In this document: positions 47,848 through 58,530 of the stretch, piece after piece
How positions within the stretch are numbered: position 1 is the first letter of the stretch
Layout: every line of letters begins with the position of its first letter
DNA from: Bernardetia sp. MNP-M8
GTDB lineage: Bacteria > Bacteroidota > Bacteroidia > Cytophagales > Bernardetiaceae
Assembly (NCBI RefSeq): GCF_037126285.1
Contig: NZ_CP147012.1
Location: forward strand, 3,244,676-3,308,675
Direction: 5' to 3'
DNA length: 64,000 bases
The notes under the pieces: model-generated
The model's database searches: none
Told to the model about the DNA's origin: nothing
What the model saw: only the letters and a program-made list of their open reading frames with translations
Made by a program: the position numbers and the translations under genes

Positions 47848-48348
47848 CTATGAAAGCACATTCTGAAAATAACGTTTAAGCCACGTATTAGAAGCCTTAT
47901 TTTGCCATTGAGACTCTAACTGTTCTTTTATTTGAACCAAATTATCAAAAATAATTGTATCAGAAGTGATTTTTTGATCAATAACTAGTTCTTTAAGTTT
48001 AGAAAGAGAGGTAATGCTTATTTTATCTTCTTTATCAAAATAAGCTACTTTGGTTCTATCAAAAAGTGAAATTTTAAACTCGTCTTCAATAGCTTTCATA
48101 AGTGCTACAGATTTGTCAATAGAACATCCTGTTGCTTTTGTAAGTTCTTCGTTTACTGCCAAAATTAAAAAACGCTTATGACGAATTTCGAAAGACGAAA
48201 CTAAAGAGTTACCATGGGCTTGCCAATTTTCAATAAAATTTGTTAAAACATTCGTAATTGCCACAACTTCACTATCTGTAAGTTCTCTATCAGACTGATA
48301 AATCCAAATACGAGAATAAGAAGGCATTTTTTCAAAAGAAAGAAACAT
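47848..48348 (-). CDS. Hypothetical protein
   Basis: 166-aa ORF (start possibly at the internal ATG 48327). No recognised motif. Confidence 0.4.
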   Translation of the reverse strand: MFLSFEKMPSYSRIWIYQSDRELTDSEVVAITNVLTNFIENWQAHGNSLVSSFEIRHKRFLILAVNEELTKATGCSIDKSVALMKAIEDEFKISLFDRTKVAYFDKEDKISITSLSKLKELVIDQKITSDTIIFDNLVQIKEQLESQWQNKASNTWLKRYFQNVLS

Positions 48349-48869
48349 AATAATATTATTTTATCACTATTTTATTATAAAAAAATAGTTTGAATTAATT
48401 TAAAAGATTAAAGTTTTTATAATGTAGATAATCCTATTTTAGTAAAAAATTATAGAAGCAATATAGAAATAAAATAAAAAAAATGTTTCAAATTAATTAT
48501 AAATAGAAAATAGCCATTAAAATAGTTGATTTATTAGAATAATAACACAACTCTACAAAGTTATGTATTTTATTAGAAAGTTGCAAGATTAAAGAGGCTG
48601 CTTTTGTTTTATGTTTATAACATATTGATTTCAAGTAAGTTCAAATATTCACTATTTTTCTATTACCAATTACTATAATAATTTAATCAATATTACCTAC
48701 ATAGCAAGGTTTATGTATATACTGTTAAACTATGTTTATTTGTACTTCCTTTAACAAACTACGCTCATTTAAAGTTATATAATTGAGTTCATTTTTTTAA
48801 CTTACTAAATTCAGACCTTAATAAAACAATTTAGGCAAAACAATTCTATCACTATTTTTATAACTCATT

Positions 48870-50036
48870 ATGTCAGAATCTCTATTAAAAAATACTACTA
48901 TTACTCATTCTCAATCTAGTCTATATTTTCCCCTTGAAGTTTGTAAAGGAGAAATAGGCAAAAAAGTTTCAATTTCAGAGCTTTCTCAAACAGTTTTGTG
49001 TAGTTCTTATAACCAACTTGTAATTAGCTTTTGTATGGAATGGCAGAGCAATAAAAATGAATTTATAGTTCATACATCAGGCTCAACAGGCATTCCAAAA
49101 CCAATTACTCTTACTAGAAAACAAATGCAAAATAGTGTTTTGGCAACAGCTAAAGCATTGAATTTGAAGCAAGATGAGCGTTTTCTGATATGCTTAAACA
49201 CAGAATATATTGCAGGAAAAATGATGCTAGTTCGGGGAATGGAATTAGATGCAGAAATGATAATAGTTCCTCCCAAACGTAACCCTTTAGAAGATTTTGA
49301 TGAAAAAATGTGGTTTGATTTTGCTGCTTTTGTTCCCATGCAATTACAAACTATTTTAGACGAAACACCTGAGAAAATTGCGATTTTGCGTCAGATGAAG
49401 GCAATTATTATTGGTGGTGCGCCTGTTTCATATTCTCTTCTCAAAAAAATTCGTTCTATAAAAGCTCTCAACCGAGTTCCAATTTATTCTACTTATGGAA
49501 TGAGCGAAACTGTTACTCATATTGCATTGAAAAGGCTTAATGGAAAAGGAAAAAAGGAAATTTCGGATACCTACAAAACACTTCCAAATGTAAATATAAA
49601 AACGGATCAGCGTGGTTGTTTAGTTATTTCTGCGCCTCACACTTTGGGAAAAGAAATCACAACAAACGATTTGGTAGATATAAAAAATGACAATGAGTTT
49701 GAGTGGCTTGGGCGTGCAGATTTTGCTATCAATACAGGAGGTGTAAAAGTTTTTCCAGAAAAAATAGAAGGTTTTATTGAAAGAGCTTTTTATGAATTAG
49801 ATTTACAAAAACGCTTCTTTATTTCTTCTATACCTGATGAAACATTAGGCGAAAAAGTGATTTTGATTATTGAAGGGTTACCATTTGATAAAAATTTTGA
49901 AAATGACCTTTTACAGCATCTCAAAACAAATCTGCCTGCTTATCATACTCCCAAACAATGTTTTTATATTTCTAATTTTGCTATGACACAGACAAGTAAA
50001 ATAGATAGAAAAGAATGTCTGAATTTAATTTTTTAA
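48870..50036 (+). CDS. AMP-dependent synthetase/ligase (short form, o-succinylbenzoate-CoA ligase-like)
   Basis: 'IVHTSGSTGIPKPITLTRKQM' AMP-binding motif I, 'YSTYGMSET' motif. Confidence 0.75.
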   Translation: MSESLLKNTTITHSQSSLYFPLEVCKGEIGKKVSISELSQTVLCSSYNQLVISFCMEWQSNKNEFIVHTSGSTGIPKPITLTRKQMQNSVLATAKALNLKQDERFLICLNTEYIAGKMMLVRGMELDAEMIIVPPKRNPLEDFDEKMWFDFAAFVPMQLQTILDETPEKIAILRQMKAIIIGGAPVSYSLLKKIRSIKALNRVPIYSTYGMSETVTHIALKRLNGKGKKEISDTYKTLPNVNIKTDQRGCLVISAPHTLGKEITTNDLVDIKNDNEFEWLGRADFAINTGGVKVFPEKIEGFIERAFYELDLQKRFFISSIPDETLGEKVILIIEGLPFDKNFENDLLQHLKTNLPAYHTPKQCFYISNFAMTQTSKIDRKECLNLIF

Positions 50037-50122
50037 TAAAACTTAAAATAGAAATATAACTAAACTACTTTTATTTTTTTGTAATTTTCGTTTCAAAATT
50101 ATAATACCTAAATTTTATCTGT

Positions 50123-51118
50123 ATGAAGTTACTTTCGTTTTTTGCGCTCTGTTTTGTGTATCTTTTTACACTTTCAAATTCATTTGCTCAAACCAATAAC
50201 GACTTTAAAGAAACAGAGAGTTATGAAAAAGTAGCACAAAATTTTGATAATTATTTCAATAATTTTGATTATGATAGCATTTTTGAGATGTTTTCTTATG
50301 GAATGAAAAAAGCAATGCCTTTGGAAGAAACTAGATTATTTTTGAAAAATTCATACCAACAAACAGGAAAAATAATAAAAAGAGAGTTCTCTAGGTATGA
50401 AAAAGGGAGTTATGCTGTCTATAAAACGAAATTTGAAAAAGGAACAGCAGCATTAAATATTTCGGTAGATAATCAATGCAAAATAAATGGATTGTTTATT
50501 AAACCCTATGAAGAAATTACTGAAATACCTACACCTGAACGTAATCAGACTAAACTCATCTTGCCTTTTGAGGGAAAATGGACAGTTACTTGGGGAGGAG
50601 ATACAGAAAAGCAAAACTATCATGTAGAAAGCCAATCACAGAAGAATGCGTTTGATTTTTTGATTATGAAAAATGGAAAAACCTATACAACAAATGCAGA
50701 AAAGAATGAAGATTATTATGCTTTTGGACAAGAAATTTTTGCACCTTGTGATGGAGAAATTGTTTTGTCAGTAGATGGAATAAAAGATAATAAGGTAGGA
50801 GAAGTCAATAATCAGTTTATTACAGGAAATACAGTGATTCTGAAAACAGAAAACAATGAATATTTATTTTTTGCTCATCTCAAACAGAATTCTATAAAAG
50901 TAAAGGAAGGACAAAAAGTAAAACAAGGTGATGGGTTAGCACTTTGTGGAAATTCTGGTCATTCTACTGAACCTCATTTACATTTTCACATTCAAAATAC
51001 GGAAAACTCAAATCAAGCAACAGGAATAAAATGTTATTTCGATAAAATTATTGTTGATGGAAAAGAAAAAACAGATTATTCTCCAATTCAAAATGAAGTA
51101 ATCGAATACTCTAAATAG
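50123..51118 (+). CDS. Secreted M23-family metallopeptidase
   Basis: Signal peptide. 'GNSGHSTEPHLHFHIQN' (HxH) and upstream 'FAHLKQ' M23 motifs. Confidence 0.75.
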   Translation: MKLLSFFALCFVYLFTLSNSFAQTNNDFKETESYEKVAQNFDNYFNNFDYDSIFEMFSYGMKKAMPLEETRLFLKNSYQQTGKIIKREFSRYEKGSYAVYKTKFEKGTAALNISVDNQCKINGLFIKPYEEITEIPTPERNQTKLILPFEGKWTVTWGGDTEKQNYHVESQSQKNAFDFLIMKNGKTYTTNAEKNEDYYAFGQEIFAPCDGEIVLSVDGIKDNKVGEVNNQFITGNTVILKTENNEYLFFAHLKQNSIKVKEGQKVKQGDGLALCGNSGHSTEPHLHFHIQNTENSNQATGIKCYFDKIIVDGKEKTDYSPIQNEVIEYSK

Positions 51119-51167
51119 AAATAATTATTTTTGTATTTATCTCAAAAAAATACAGACTCATTATAAA

Positions 51168-52466
51168 ATGAAAAGAGCAAAAATCGTATTATTATTTACT
51201 TCATTTCTTTTAGTTTTATTATTTGGATTTGAAGTTTTAGGGCAAACAAATTTTCTTATAAAAGGAAAAGTTATCGATTCAGAAACCAAAGAACTCTTAC
51301 CTTTTGCTTCCATTGGAATTGAAGGAACAAGTGTAGGAACGGCAAGTAATTCGGCTGGAATCTTTGAATTTCGCCTCAATCCTACTTGGAAGGATAAGTT
51401 TATTGTTTGTTCTTTTGTAGGTTATCAGCCTTTAAAGATAAAAGTTTCAGAAGCATATCAGTATTCTAAAAGTAATCAATTAGTTTTAGAATTAAAATCT
51501 AGTGAATCTCTCAAAACAGTTACGATTAGTTCAAAAAGAATTCCTAAGGTAGAAAAAATAATGAAACAGGTCATAAAAAATCTACCTGAAAATTATCCAC
51601 AAACTCCTTATAATGTAGATTTTTTTTATAGAGAATATCTAAAAGATTCGACAGCTTATGTTCGTTTGGTAGAAGCTGCACTTCATGTATATGACAAACG
51701 AGCGTATGTTCCTATTATCTATAACTACAAAAGTGCTCCTACTATTTTGAACCTAGAAGAAGATTATTTTGCACAAGTAAAAGAGAGAAGAGCATCTTAT
51801 GATTATTCAAAATCAAAGATAAATAATTTTTTTATTGATGTAGAATACGGCACAAAATATAATTGGATAAGAAAAAATCAATTCATTTTTGATAAAATGA
51901 TGTACGAAAAATTTGACTATGAACTAGTAAATCTAACTTCAATAGGCAAAAAAACAGTTTATGAAATCTCTTTTTCTTATAATGGAACAATTGACCGATT
52001 TAGAAAACTTAAAGGAAAACTCTTTGTAAATGACGAAGATTATGCTGTTCTCCAACTTCATTTTTCCTATCTTCCTGTTGGTGCAATGGGGGGCTATAAT
52101 GCAAAAGAACGTTATGGATATAATATTTATTTAGAGAACGAAGAGCATTTTTATTTCAAGAAATACGATGAAAAATATTTGGTAAGTTATCAATCGTTGC
52201 GCTCCATCGAAAAATATTATGAGAGTCAAGAAGCCTTTGAAGAATCTGTTTCTGAATATTTTGTCGAACAACTTACAGTAAATGTAAATCAAAAAAATCC
52301 GACTCCACAAGATTTGCAAGACGATTCGAAGCTAAAAGAAATTGATTATAATACTGCTTTTTGGGAAAGTTATAATGTGTTAGCAGATTCTCCTCTAAAT
52401 ATAAAAATCAAAGCTGATTTGGAAAAAAGACAGTCTTTAGAAAAGCAATTTGAATTGAAAAAATAA
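51168..52466 (+). CDS. Hypothetical protein with N-terminal carboxypeptidase-regulatory-like (CarboxypepD_reg) domain
   Basis: Signal peptide + 'IKGKVIDSETKELLPFASIGIEGTSVGTASNSAGIFEF'. Confidence 0.55.
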   Translation: MKRAKIVLLFTSFLLVLLFGFEVLGQTNFLIKGKVIDSETKELLPFASIGIEGTSVGTASNSAGIFEFRLNPTWKDKFIVCSFVGYQPLKIKVSEAYQYSKSNQLVLELKSSESLKTVTISSKRIPKVEKIMKQVIKNLPENYPQTPYNVDFFYREYLKDSTAYVRLVEAALHVYDKRAYVPIIYNYKSAPTILNLEEDYFAQVKERRASYDYSKSKINNFFIDVEYGTKYNWIRKNQFIFDKMMYEKFDYELVNLTSIGKKTVYEISFSYNGTIDRFRKLKGKLFVNDEDYAVLQLHFSYLPVGAMGGYNAKERYGYNIYLENEEHFYFKKYDEKYLVSYQSLRSIEKYYESQEAFEESVSEYFVEQLTVNVNQKNPTPQDLQDDSKLKEIDYNTAFWESYNVLADSPLNIKIKADLEKRQSLEKQFELKK

Positions 52467-52534
52467 TTATTTTTTGGATAAAGTTTTGTATTTTGTATAA
52501 CAAAAAATTATTGAGTCCAAAAATTATTACTTGT

Positions 52535-53050
52535 ATGAATATTCTACCCTACGAAAATCTGACTTATAAAACTCATTTATCTAAAGATGAAATTCTAAAA
52601 AGAGTGAGAAATGAAACAGAGCCTAAACAATGGATTCGAATGACAGGTATTTTTTCAAGTGGAAATCATAAGGCTTATGAGGGAGTTGTAAATGAAAATT
52701 CTTTCAAAATAAGTCGTATTATTAGTTACCGAAATTCATTTTTGCCACGAATAGAAGGGAAAATTGAAGAAAATAAAGAAAGTACACTTATTCATATCAA
52801 AATGAGATTACACACTTTTGTAATTGTTTTTCTTGCTATCTGGCTTTCTTTCATGTTTGTAGCTACTCTATTTTTGATTCCTATTTTTAGGCAAGAAATG
52901 GAAAACCAATCTATATTTAATTTGGCTTCTTTCACTCCTTTTCTGATGATACTAATTATTTCTGTAGTGACAGTTTTGGCATTTCATTATGAAGGAAATA
53001 AGTCTAAAATATTTTTTGAGAATATTTTTGAAGTAGAAAAAGAAGATTAG
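52535..53050 (+). CDS. Hypothetical membrane protein
   Basis: ORF with two TM segments near the C-terminus. Internal ATG chosen. The ORF-track start is 52493. Confidence 0.35.
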   Translation: MNILPYENLTYKTHLSKDEILKRVRNETEPKQWIRMTGIFSSGNHKAYEGVVNENSFKISRIISYRNSFLPRIEGKIEENKESTLIHIKMRLHTFVIVFLAIWLSFMFVATLFLIPIFRQEMENQSIFNLASFTPFLMILIISVVTVLAFHYEGNKSKIFFENIFEVEKED

Positions 53051-53118
53051 AAATGAAAAAAACCATTATAAAGTTTTCAGCTTCATAATGGCATTTCTAA
53101 ACTAATTTTTATAAAAAA

Positions 53119-53940
53119 TTATCCTAACATATTTGTACGAATCATTTCTCTAAAATCTTCATACGGTTGATTTTGTCTCGCACCCCAAAGCTGTTGAGCA
53201 TCATTTCCTAAGACATAACGAAGTTGTTTTTTGCCGTCTGTTGCTGCATCAAAAATTCCTTCTGCCATTTGTTCGGCTGTCGAATAGGTATCTGAACGTT
53301 CTGTTCCTTCAAAATTTTTCATCATTCTAGTAATTGTTTTTTGATAAGCTGCGTCATTTTCACTCTCAAACATATCCAAAGAACGCCCTGCAAAATCAGT
53401 TTTTACTCCACCCGGTTCAATGATTTTTAATTCAATTCCTAAAGGATTGAGTTCATATTGTAAACCTTCTGTCAAGCCTTCAACTGCCCATTTTGTAGCA
53501 TGATAAATTGAAAACATTGGCAAAGTAATAAGCCCACCAATAGAAGAAACATTCATAAAAAGACCATTTTTGTTTTCTCTAAAGTGAGGCAAAAAAGCAC
53601 GAATTACATCAATCAAACCAAATAAATTGACATCAAATTGTCTTTTAATTTGCTCATCTGAAGCACTTTCCAAAACACCAGCCGTTCCATATCCTGCATT
53701 GTTCAAGACTACATCTATTTTTCCGAAAGTTGCAATAGAATCTTTAACTGCTTTTTCTATACTATTTTTGTCCTGAACATCTAAAGCAAATTTTTTGAGA
53801 TTGGCGGTTTCTGTAAGTGCGTCAGATGTATTACGCATTGTAGCTGCTACATTCCAGCCTTTGTTTGCAAAATATTCGGCTGTTGCTTTTCCAATTCCTG
53901 AAGATGCACCTGTAATGAAAATTGTTTTTTGAGTTGCCAT
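53119..53940 (-). CDS. Short-chain dehydrogenase/reductase (SDR) family oxidoreductase
   Basis: 'ITGASSGIGKATA' Rossmann motif, 'NNAG', catalytic 'YHATKWAVEG'. Confidence 0.85.
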   Translation of the reverse strand: MATQKTIFITGASSGIGKATAEYFANKGWNVAATMRNTSDALTETANLKKFALDVQDKNSIEKAVKDSIATFGKIDVVLNNAGYGTAGVLESASDEQIKRQFDVNLFGLIDVIRAFLPHFRENKNGLFMNVSSIGGLITLPMFSIYHATKWAVEGLTEGLQYELNPLGIELKIIEPGGVKTDFAGRSLDMFESENDAAYQKTITRMMKNFEGTERSDTYSTAEQMAEGIFDAATDGKKQLRYVLGNDAQQLWGARQNQPYEDFREMIRTNMLG

Positions 53941-54064
53941 AATTGTATTGAATTTGAATTGAAATTAATTTATAAGTGAAAAAAAAGTCATTTTTGGTTT
54001 TAAAAATAGACTATTTATTGAAATAGCCTAATTTATGTTTTTCTATATTTTTTATATCTTTTTC

Positions 54065-54637
54065 TTATTTTCTGATTCCGTGCCAATAGATTTCAAAGCT
54101 TTCTTCTATTAGTTTTGGTGTGTAATCCAGCTTTTTTTGAGTAATTTGAAGACCAATGTGATTAGCCATTCCTTGAAATACACTTATCAATAATTCAATA
54201 TCTAAATCTTTGATGTCTGATGAATCAATTCCTTTTTGAAAAAATGATTTTGTCTTTTTCATAAATGAATCTGAAATACTTTTATTCGAATCATCTAAGA
54301 TATTAGAACTTGCACATTGACTCATAAAATGTATTTCTATCTGATTATGAACCAAATAATGTAAATAATTTTGCCAAACAAGCTGCATTCCGTCCTTGAT
54401 AGAATACTCTTCAATATTCTCTGGAAGAAGTTCTGCACTTACTCTACTTTTGATTTTTTTATAGAGTTGATTAATAAGTTCTTTCTTGTTTTTGAAATAA
54501 ATATAAAGCGTTCCGTGTGCTAAATCTGCTTCTTTTGCAATATCGGAAATACGCAAACCTGCTAACCCTACTTTTTGAGTAAGTTGCAAAACAACTTCAT
54601 AAATACGCTCTTCTTTTTCTATGGATTTTATTTTCAT
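54065..54637 (-). CDS. TetR/AcrR-family transcriptional regulator
   Basis: N-terminal HTH 'GLAGLRISDIAKEADLAHGTLYIYFKNKKEL'. Confidence 0.85.
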   Translation of the reverse strand: MKIKSIEKEERIYEVVLQLTQKVGLAGLRISDIAKEADLAHGTLYIYFKNKKELINQLYKKIKSRVSAELLPENIEEYSIKDGMQLVWQNYLHYLVHNQIEIHFMSQCASSNILDDSNKSISDSFMKKTKSFFQKGIDSSDIKDLDIELLISVFQGMANHIGLQITQKKLDYTPKLIEESFEIYWHGIRK

Positions 54638-54774
54638 AACTTGATTGTGTTACAAATATAAATGACTTTTTTGTCATTTTAAAATTTAACCTAAAATTTT
54701 TATACTCTTTTTTAGTTTTTAACCTTTACTAAGACTAAGACAAATCTAGTAAAATCAATTTTCTAAATCTTAAA

Positions 54775-57543
54775 TCAGATGCCTATACTAAAACGAATAC
54801 CAATTTTTTTAATAGAATTAGGTCTACTTTCTAGTGTTCTGTCTTGTTTTAGAGAAGAATTCAGAGCAAACACAAAATCAGTTCGGACAACTTTAAAAAT
54901 ATTTTCAAAACCAATGCTTAATTCTGTATAATGTTTTGCAGCAGGTGTATAAAGGTAATTCGAACTAGCTACCAATTGCCAACCTAATTTTTTCATAAAT
55001 CCTATTCGGTGCAATAAATAACCATTAAAATGCTGTTCGGCATGAACTTCTACAAATGGCTTAGTTGTGCTATATTCATAAAAAGGCAACAATAAAAACT
55101 GACGCAAATTGTTTTTTGCTACAAAAATAGGCGAAGTAGAAAAATGAAAATTATCTACAAAAGAAGTATAGTTATTCCACAAAAATGCTCCAGTTTGAAT
55201 ATCATAATTGATTGTACCTAAAATTCCTAAATTCATTCCATCACTAATATTCAAGACTAATTTTCCAAAATCTGCTTTACTTTGTGCTATGTTTTTTATG
55301 GCTTGTGTGTAAGTAAGTGCCAGCAAAGGATATTTACTAGATAAACTAATTCGTTCTTTAGGACGTAAAATATACTTTTCACCAATCAGATATTCAAAAC
55401 GAGCTTTTATCAAAACGGCATTATGAAGTTCGAAAAAAACCGATTCACCTTTATAATCAATAGGCAAATTAGATGTGAAAGTTATATCTTTTCGGTCTAC
55501 AAGTGAAGATGCTTTTGTATTATTTTCTAAAGGAATGCGCCTTTCAAAACTTCCTTGCAAGCGAAAAAATGCACCTTGAAAAATACGTTGTCCTGCTCCG
55601 ATTTGAAAATAATTTTTCTGATAAATCTTCATTAAATTTTGTTCTCTGAGCTGTGTATAAACTCCATTTACAAAATATGGAATAGCATTTGGTTCAAATT
55701 GTTCTACAAAAGCTCCCCCTTCTATAAAAATATATCTATCGTTTATTCGATTAAAAAGATGAGAAATTTCTCCTTTGGCTAAAAATTTCTTGCTTCCAAA
55801 ACCATATCTAGCATCTGCACCTAGTTTGGTCTGACTCAAATCTTTTTCTCTATTTTTTATTCTATCTACTCCAAAATTAAGTGCCAGTCCTTCTACTGTA
55901 TTAGATTGAATGACATTCAAAACAGAAGGAAATTTATAAGTCAATTCTTTTTTACGAATTTTGTAAGAATAGCCTACTAACAAATCTTTAAACTTAAATT
56001 TATTGCTTTGTCTGTCCATTGAATCTAAATAAGAAGGTTGGTTGTGTGCTTCTTCTATGCTATCACTTCTATGATAATGGTTTGCTTCTTTCGTTGTAAG
56101 GGGAACAGGACGCACTTTTTTCCAATATGATGTAGTTTTTTGAGTAGAACTATCTAACAAAATAGATAATTCGTTGCTAAAAAAATCCTCCTCAGCTTTA
56201 ACCTGTTTTGTTGATAATTCTTTATTTTTTATTTTTTCTTCTAGTTTATCTAATGATACAGTATCGATAATGGAAATTTGTTGTTCATTCTGCTTTTGGT
56301 TCTGTTTTGTCCCCTGTTTTTCAGTAATTCTATTTTTATAAAATGAATCTTTGTCTAACTCATCTATATCTTTTTCTAATTGTGCAGAAGTAAAGTTTGG
56401 ATTTAGATGGTAATTAAAAAAACTGCCTGTATAATTTCCCTTTCCTATCGCTTCAACACTAAACAAATTAATCTTATAATTAAACAAAAAAGATTGAGAA
56501 GAACACATCCATAATTTATCTGTTATAGGTAAAAAAAGTTGTTTTATCGCAAGTGTGTCAATAATTTCTATTCCTGCTTGACGACTAATTTTCAAATCCA
56601 CACTATGGATTCTCCAAGTGCTATCTTGAATGTAAATATCTCCAAAAAATAGAGGTTGTCCTGTGTGTTTGGGTACGACTTTTATCTTATGAACTTTGAC
56701 TTTTTTATCAGTTGTTATATTTTCTGTAAACTCTGCTTCATATACATAATCGTAATAATTAAAGGCATTTTTTGCAATAGGAGAAATAAATTTTCTGTCT
56801 CCAATAGGAAGTGATAGAGAATTTTGATACAAATCAAAAATCAGAAAAAACGAACTATTCCAAGCAAAACCTCTGCTATCGCCATTTGCACGAGAAGAAA
56901 TAATTATTTCTTTTTGATAATTGGGAGCTAAGAAATAATATTTGGACACTAATTCTGAAAAGTAAATTACTTTATCTGTTTGCCATTCTTGTTTTAGTTG
57001 CTTTACTTGTCTAGTAGAAAATAATTTAGGAATATGAAAAGTATCTAATTGCTGTACATTTTTTATGTAAATATCACAAGAAAAAGCCTGTGCTTGATTT
57101 CTATAAAATTCTCTTTTTTGCTGTGCTGCTTGAATGATAGAATAAGCTTTATTTATTCCTTTTTTGTTGTCTTTATTTGAATCAATCACTATAGTTTCTA
57201 AAAGCATTGTCAAATGCTTCATTTGTATATTCAGCTCTATTTTTTCATCTTTTTGTACATTTTCTTTTGTAACAATTACTTCCTTAATTTGGGTTTGGTA
57301 ACTGATAGAACGAAATACAATTTGATAAGTACCTTCATTTAGATGTAGAAAATAATTTCCTTCTTGGTTAGTGATAGTTCCATAGGATGTTCCTTCTTGA
57401 TAAATGGTTATAAAAGGTAAATTTTTGCCTTCTGTACTAGTTACTTTTCCGAAAATTTGCACAGCTTTGGTATCAGGAGAAAGTAAAAAACAGGTAAAAA
57501 AAAGAAATAAAGCAAAGAAAAAATGTGCTTTTTGAGAATTCAT
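54775..57543 (-). CDS. Large CarboxypepD_reg-domain / DUF5686-family protein (Bacteroidota-specific, predicted outer-membrane associated)
   Basis: Signal peptide, N-terminal 'IFGKVTSTEGKNLPFITIYQEGTSYGTITNQEGNYFL', 922 aa. Confidence 0.6.
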   Translation of the reverse strand: MNSQKAHFFFALFLFFTCFLLSPDTKAVQIFGKVTSTEGKNLPFITIYQEGTSYGTITNQEGNYFLHLNEGTYQIVFRSISYQTQIKEVIVTKENVQKDEKIELNIQMKHLTMLLETIVIDSNKDNKKGINKAYSIIQAAQQKREFYRNQAQAFSCDIYIKNVQQLDTFHIPKLFSTRQVKQLKQEWQTDKVIYFSELVSKYYFLAPNYQKEIIISSRANGDSRGFAWNSSFFLIFDLYQNSLSLPIGDRKFISPIAKNAFNYYDYVYEAEFTENITTDKKVKVHKIKVVPKHTGQPLFFGDIYIQDSTWRIHSVDLKISRQAGIEIIDTLAIKQLFLPITDKLWMCSSQSFLFNYKINLFSVEAIGKGNYTGSFFNYHLNPNFTSAQLEKDIDELDKDSFYKNRITEKQGTKQNQKQNEQQISIIDTVSLDKLEEKIKNKELSTKQVKAEEDFFSNELSILLDSSTQKTTSYWKKVRPVPLTTKEANHYHRSDSIEEAHNQPSYLDSMDRQSNKFKFKDLLVGYSYKIRKKELTYKFPSVLNVIQSNTVEGLALNFGVDRIKNREKDLSQTKLGADARYGFGSKKFLAKGEISHLFNRINDRYIFIEGGAFVEQFEPNAIPYFVNGVYTQLREQNLMKIYQKNYFQIGAGQRIFQGAFFRLQGSFERRIPLENNTKASSLVDRKDITFTSNLPIDYKGESVFFELHNAVLIKARFEYLIGEKYILRPKERISLSSKYPLLALTYTQAIKNIAQSKADFGKLVLNISDGMNLGILGTINYDIQTGAFLWNNYTSFVDNFHFSTSPIFVAKNNLRQFLLLPFYEYSTTKPFVEVHAEQHFNGYLLHRIGFMKKLGWQLVASSNYLYTPAAKHYTELSIGFENIFKVVRTDFVFALNSSLKQDRTLESRPNSIKKIGIRFSIGI

Positions 57544-57791
57544 CTTAGAAAGAAATTAGAAAAAAATAAACAGAGTTAGTTAAAAAACTAATAGATATAT
57601 CATAAAGAAGAATTGGAGGAGAATTGTTTTTTAATCAGAAATACTTAAAGACCAGTAATACCATACAATCAATCATATTTTATTTTTTTTTCCAAAAAAC
57701 AATAACAAATCAAATCTGTTAGTTACTGTAATTTAAACCGATTAATAATTTTTAACATTTTTTTATTTAATAACTATTAAAAGCTAAAAAC

Positions 57792-58193
57792 ATGATAGTA
57801 AAACAAACGCAATTTTTTGTCCTTAGTTATTTTCCTGAAACAGAACTTTTAGAATTAGAGTGGTTGGCAGCAACTGCTAATATGACCGTTGAAGAGTTTC
57901 AAGAACATGTTCGTTTAGAAAATGAAGTCCTATTAAAACACAGACCAAAGAAAATATTAGCAAAAACGCTTGACATGCAACACACAATATCTCCTGATGA
58001 GCAAGAAAAGCACAATGATATAATACTACCTACCTTTAAAGCGATTGAACTTGAAAAACTAGCTATAATAATAAGCAAAGATTTATTTACTCAGGTTTCC
58101 ATTAGTCAGATAATAGATGACGATACTACTGCTGGTTACCAATCAAATTATTTTGAAGATACTGCTTCTGCAATGGAGTGGCTTAATAAGTAA
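57792..58193 (+). CDS. Hypothetical protein (possibly STAS-like)
   Basis: 133-aa ORF followed by a strong terminator. Weak resemblance only. Confidence 0.35.
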   Translation: MIVKQTQFFVLSYFPETELLELEWLAATANMTVEEFQEHVRLENEVLLKHRPKKILAKTLDMQHTISPDEQEKHNDIILPTFKAIELEKLAIIISKDLFTQVSISQIIDDDTTAGYQSNYFEDTASAMEWLNK

Positions 58194-58371
58194 TTTTTAT
58201 AGAAATAAAAACAAATTGGAGTTGTTAGGGAAATATAAAACAATTTTTTGCTCTTTAAAAGCATTTAAACTAAGAAAACACCTAAAAAAAGTATTCGTGA
58301 TTTTTATTACAAATACTTTTTGGTTCTTCCGACTTTTTAGCGAAACATTGTGTGTTCAGTTCCTCAGAACT

Positions 58372-58436
58372 GAAAAAAACGCTTCCTCAGAAGCGTGATA
58401 TTGCTTAAATCACGCTTCTGAGGAAGCGTTTCGTTC
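58372..58436. terminator. Unusually long perfect hairpin acting as a bidirectional terminator between convergent genes, adjacent to a second interleaved repeat set
   Basis: aaacgcttcctcagaagcgtgat attgcttaa atcacgcttctgaggaagcgttt, a 23-bp perfect stem, with A-run upstream and T-rich run downstream. Confidence 0.65.
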
Positions 58437-58530
58437 GTTTTTGAGAAGGGTGTAACCCTCAGCGAAGCTAAAACGAACGCACACCCTTTTATAATTTCGC
58501 TAAATTTTCTGAAGAGCCTACTTTTTTTAG

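Noticed and set aside
58117-58398. 93-aa plus-strand ORF spanning the intergenic hairpin region
   Set aside because: Overlaps the end of the upstream gene and runs through terminator and palindrome sequence. Low-complexity translation. Spurious.
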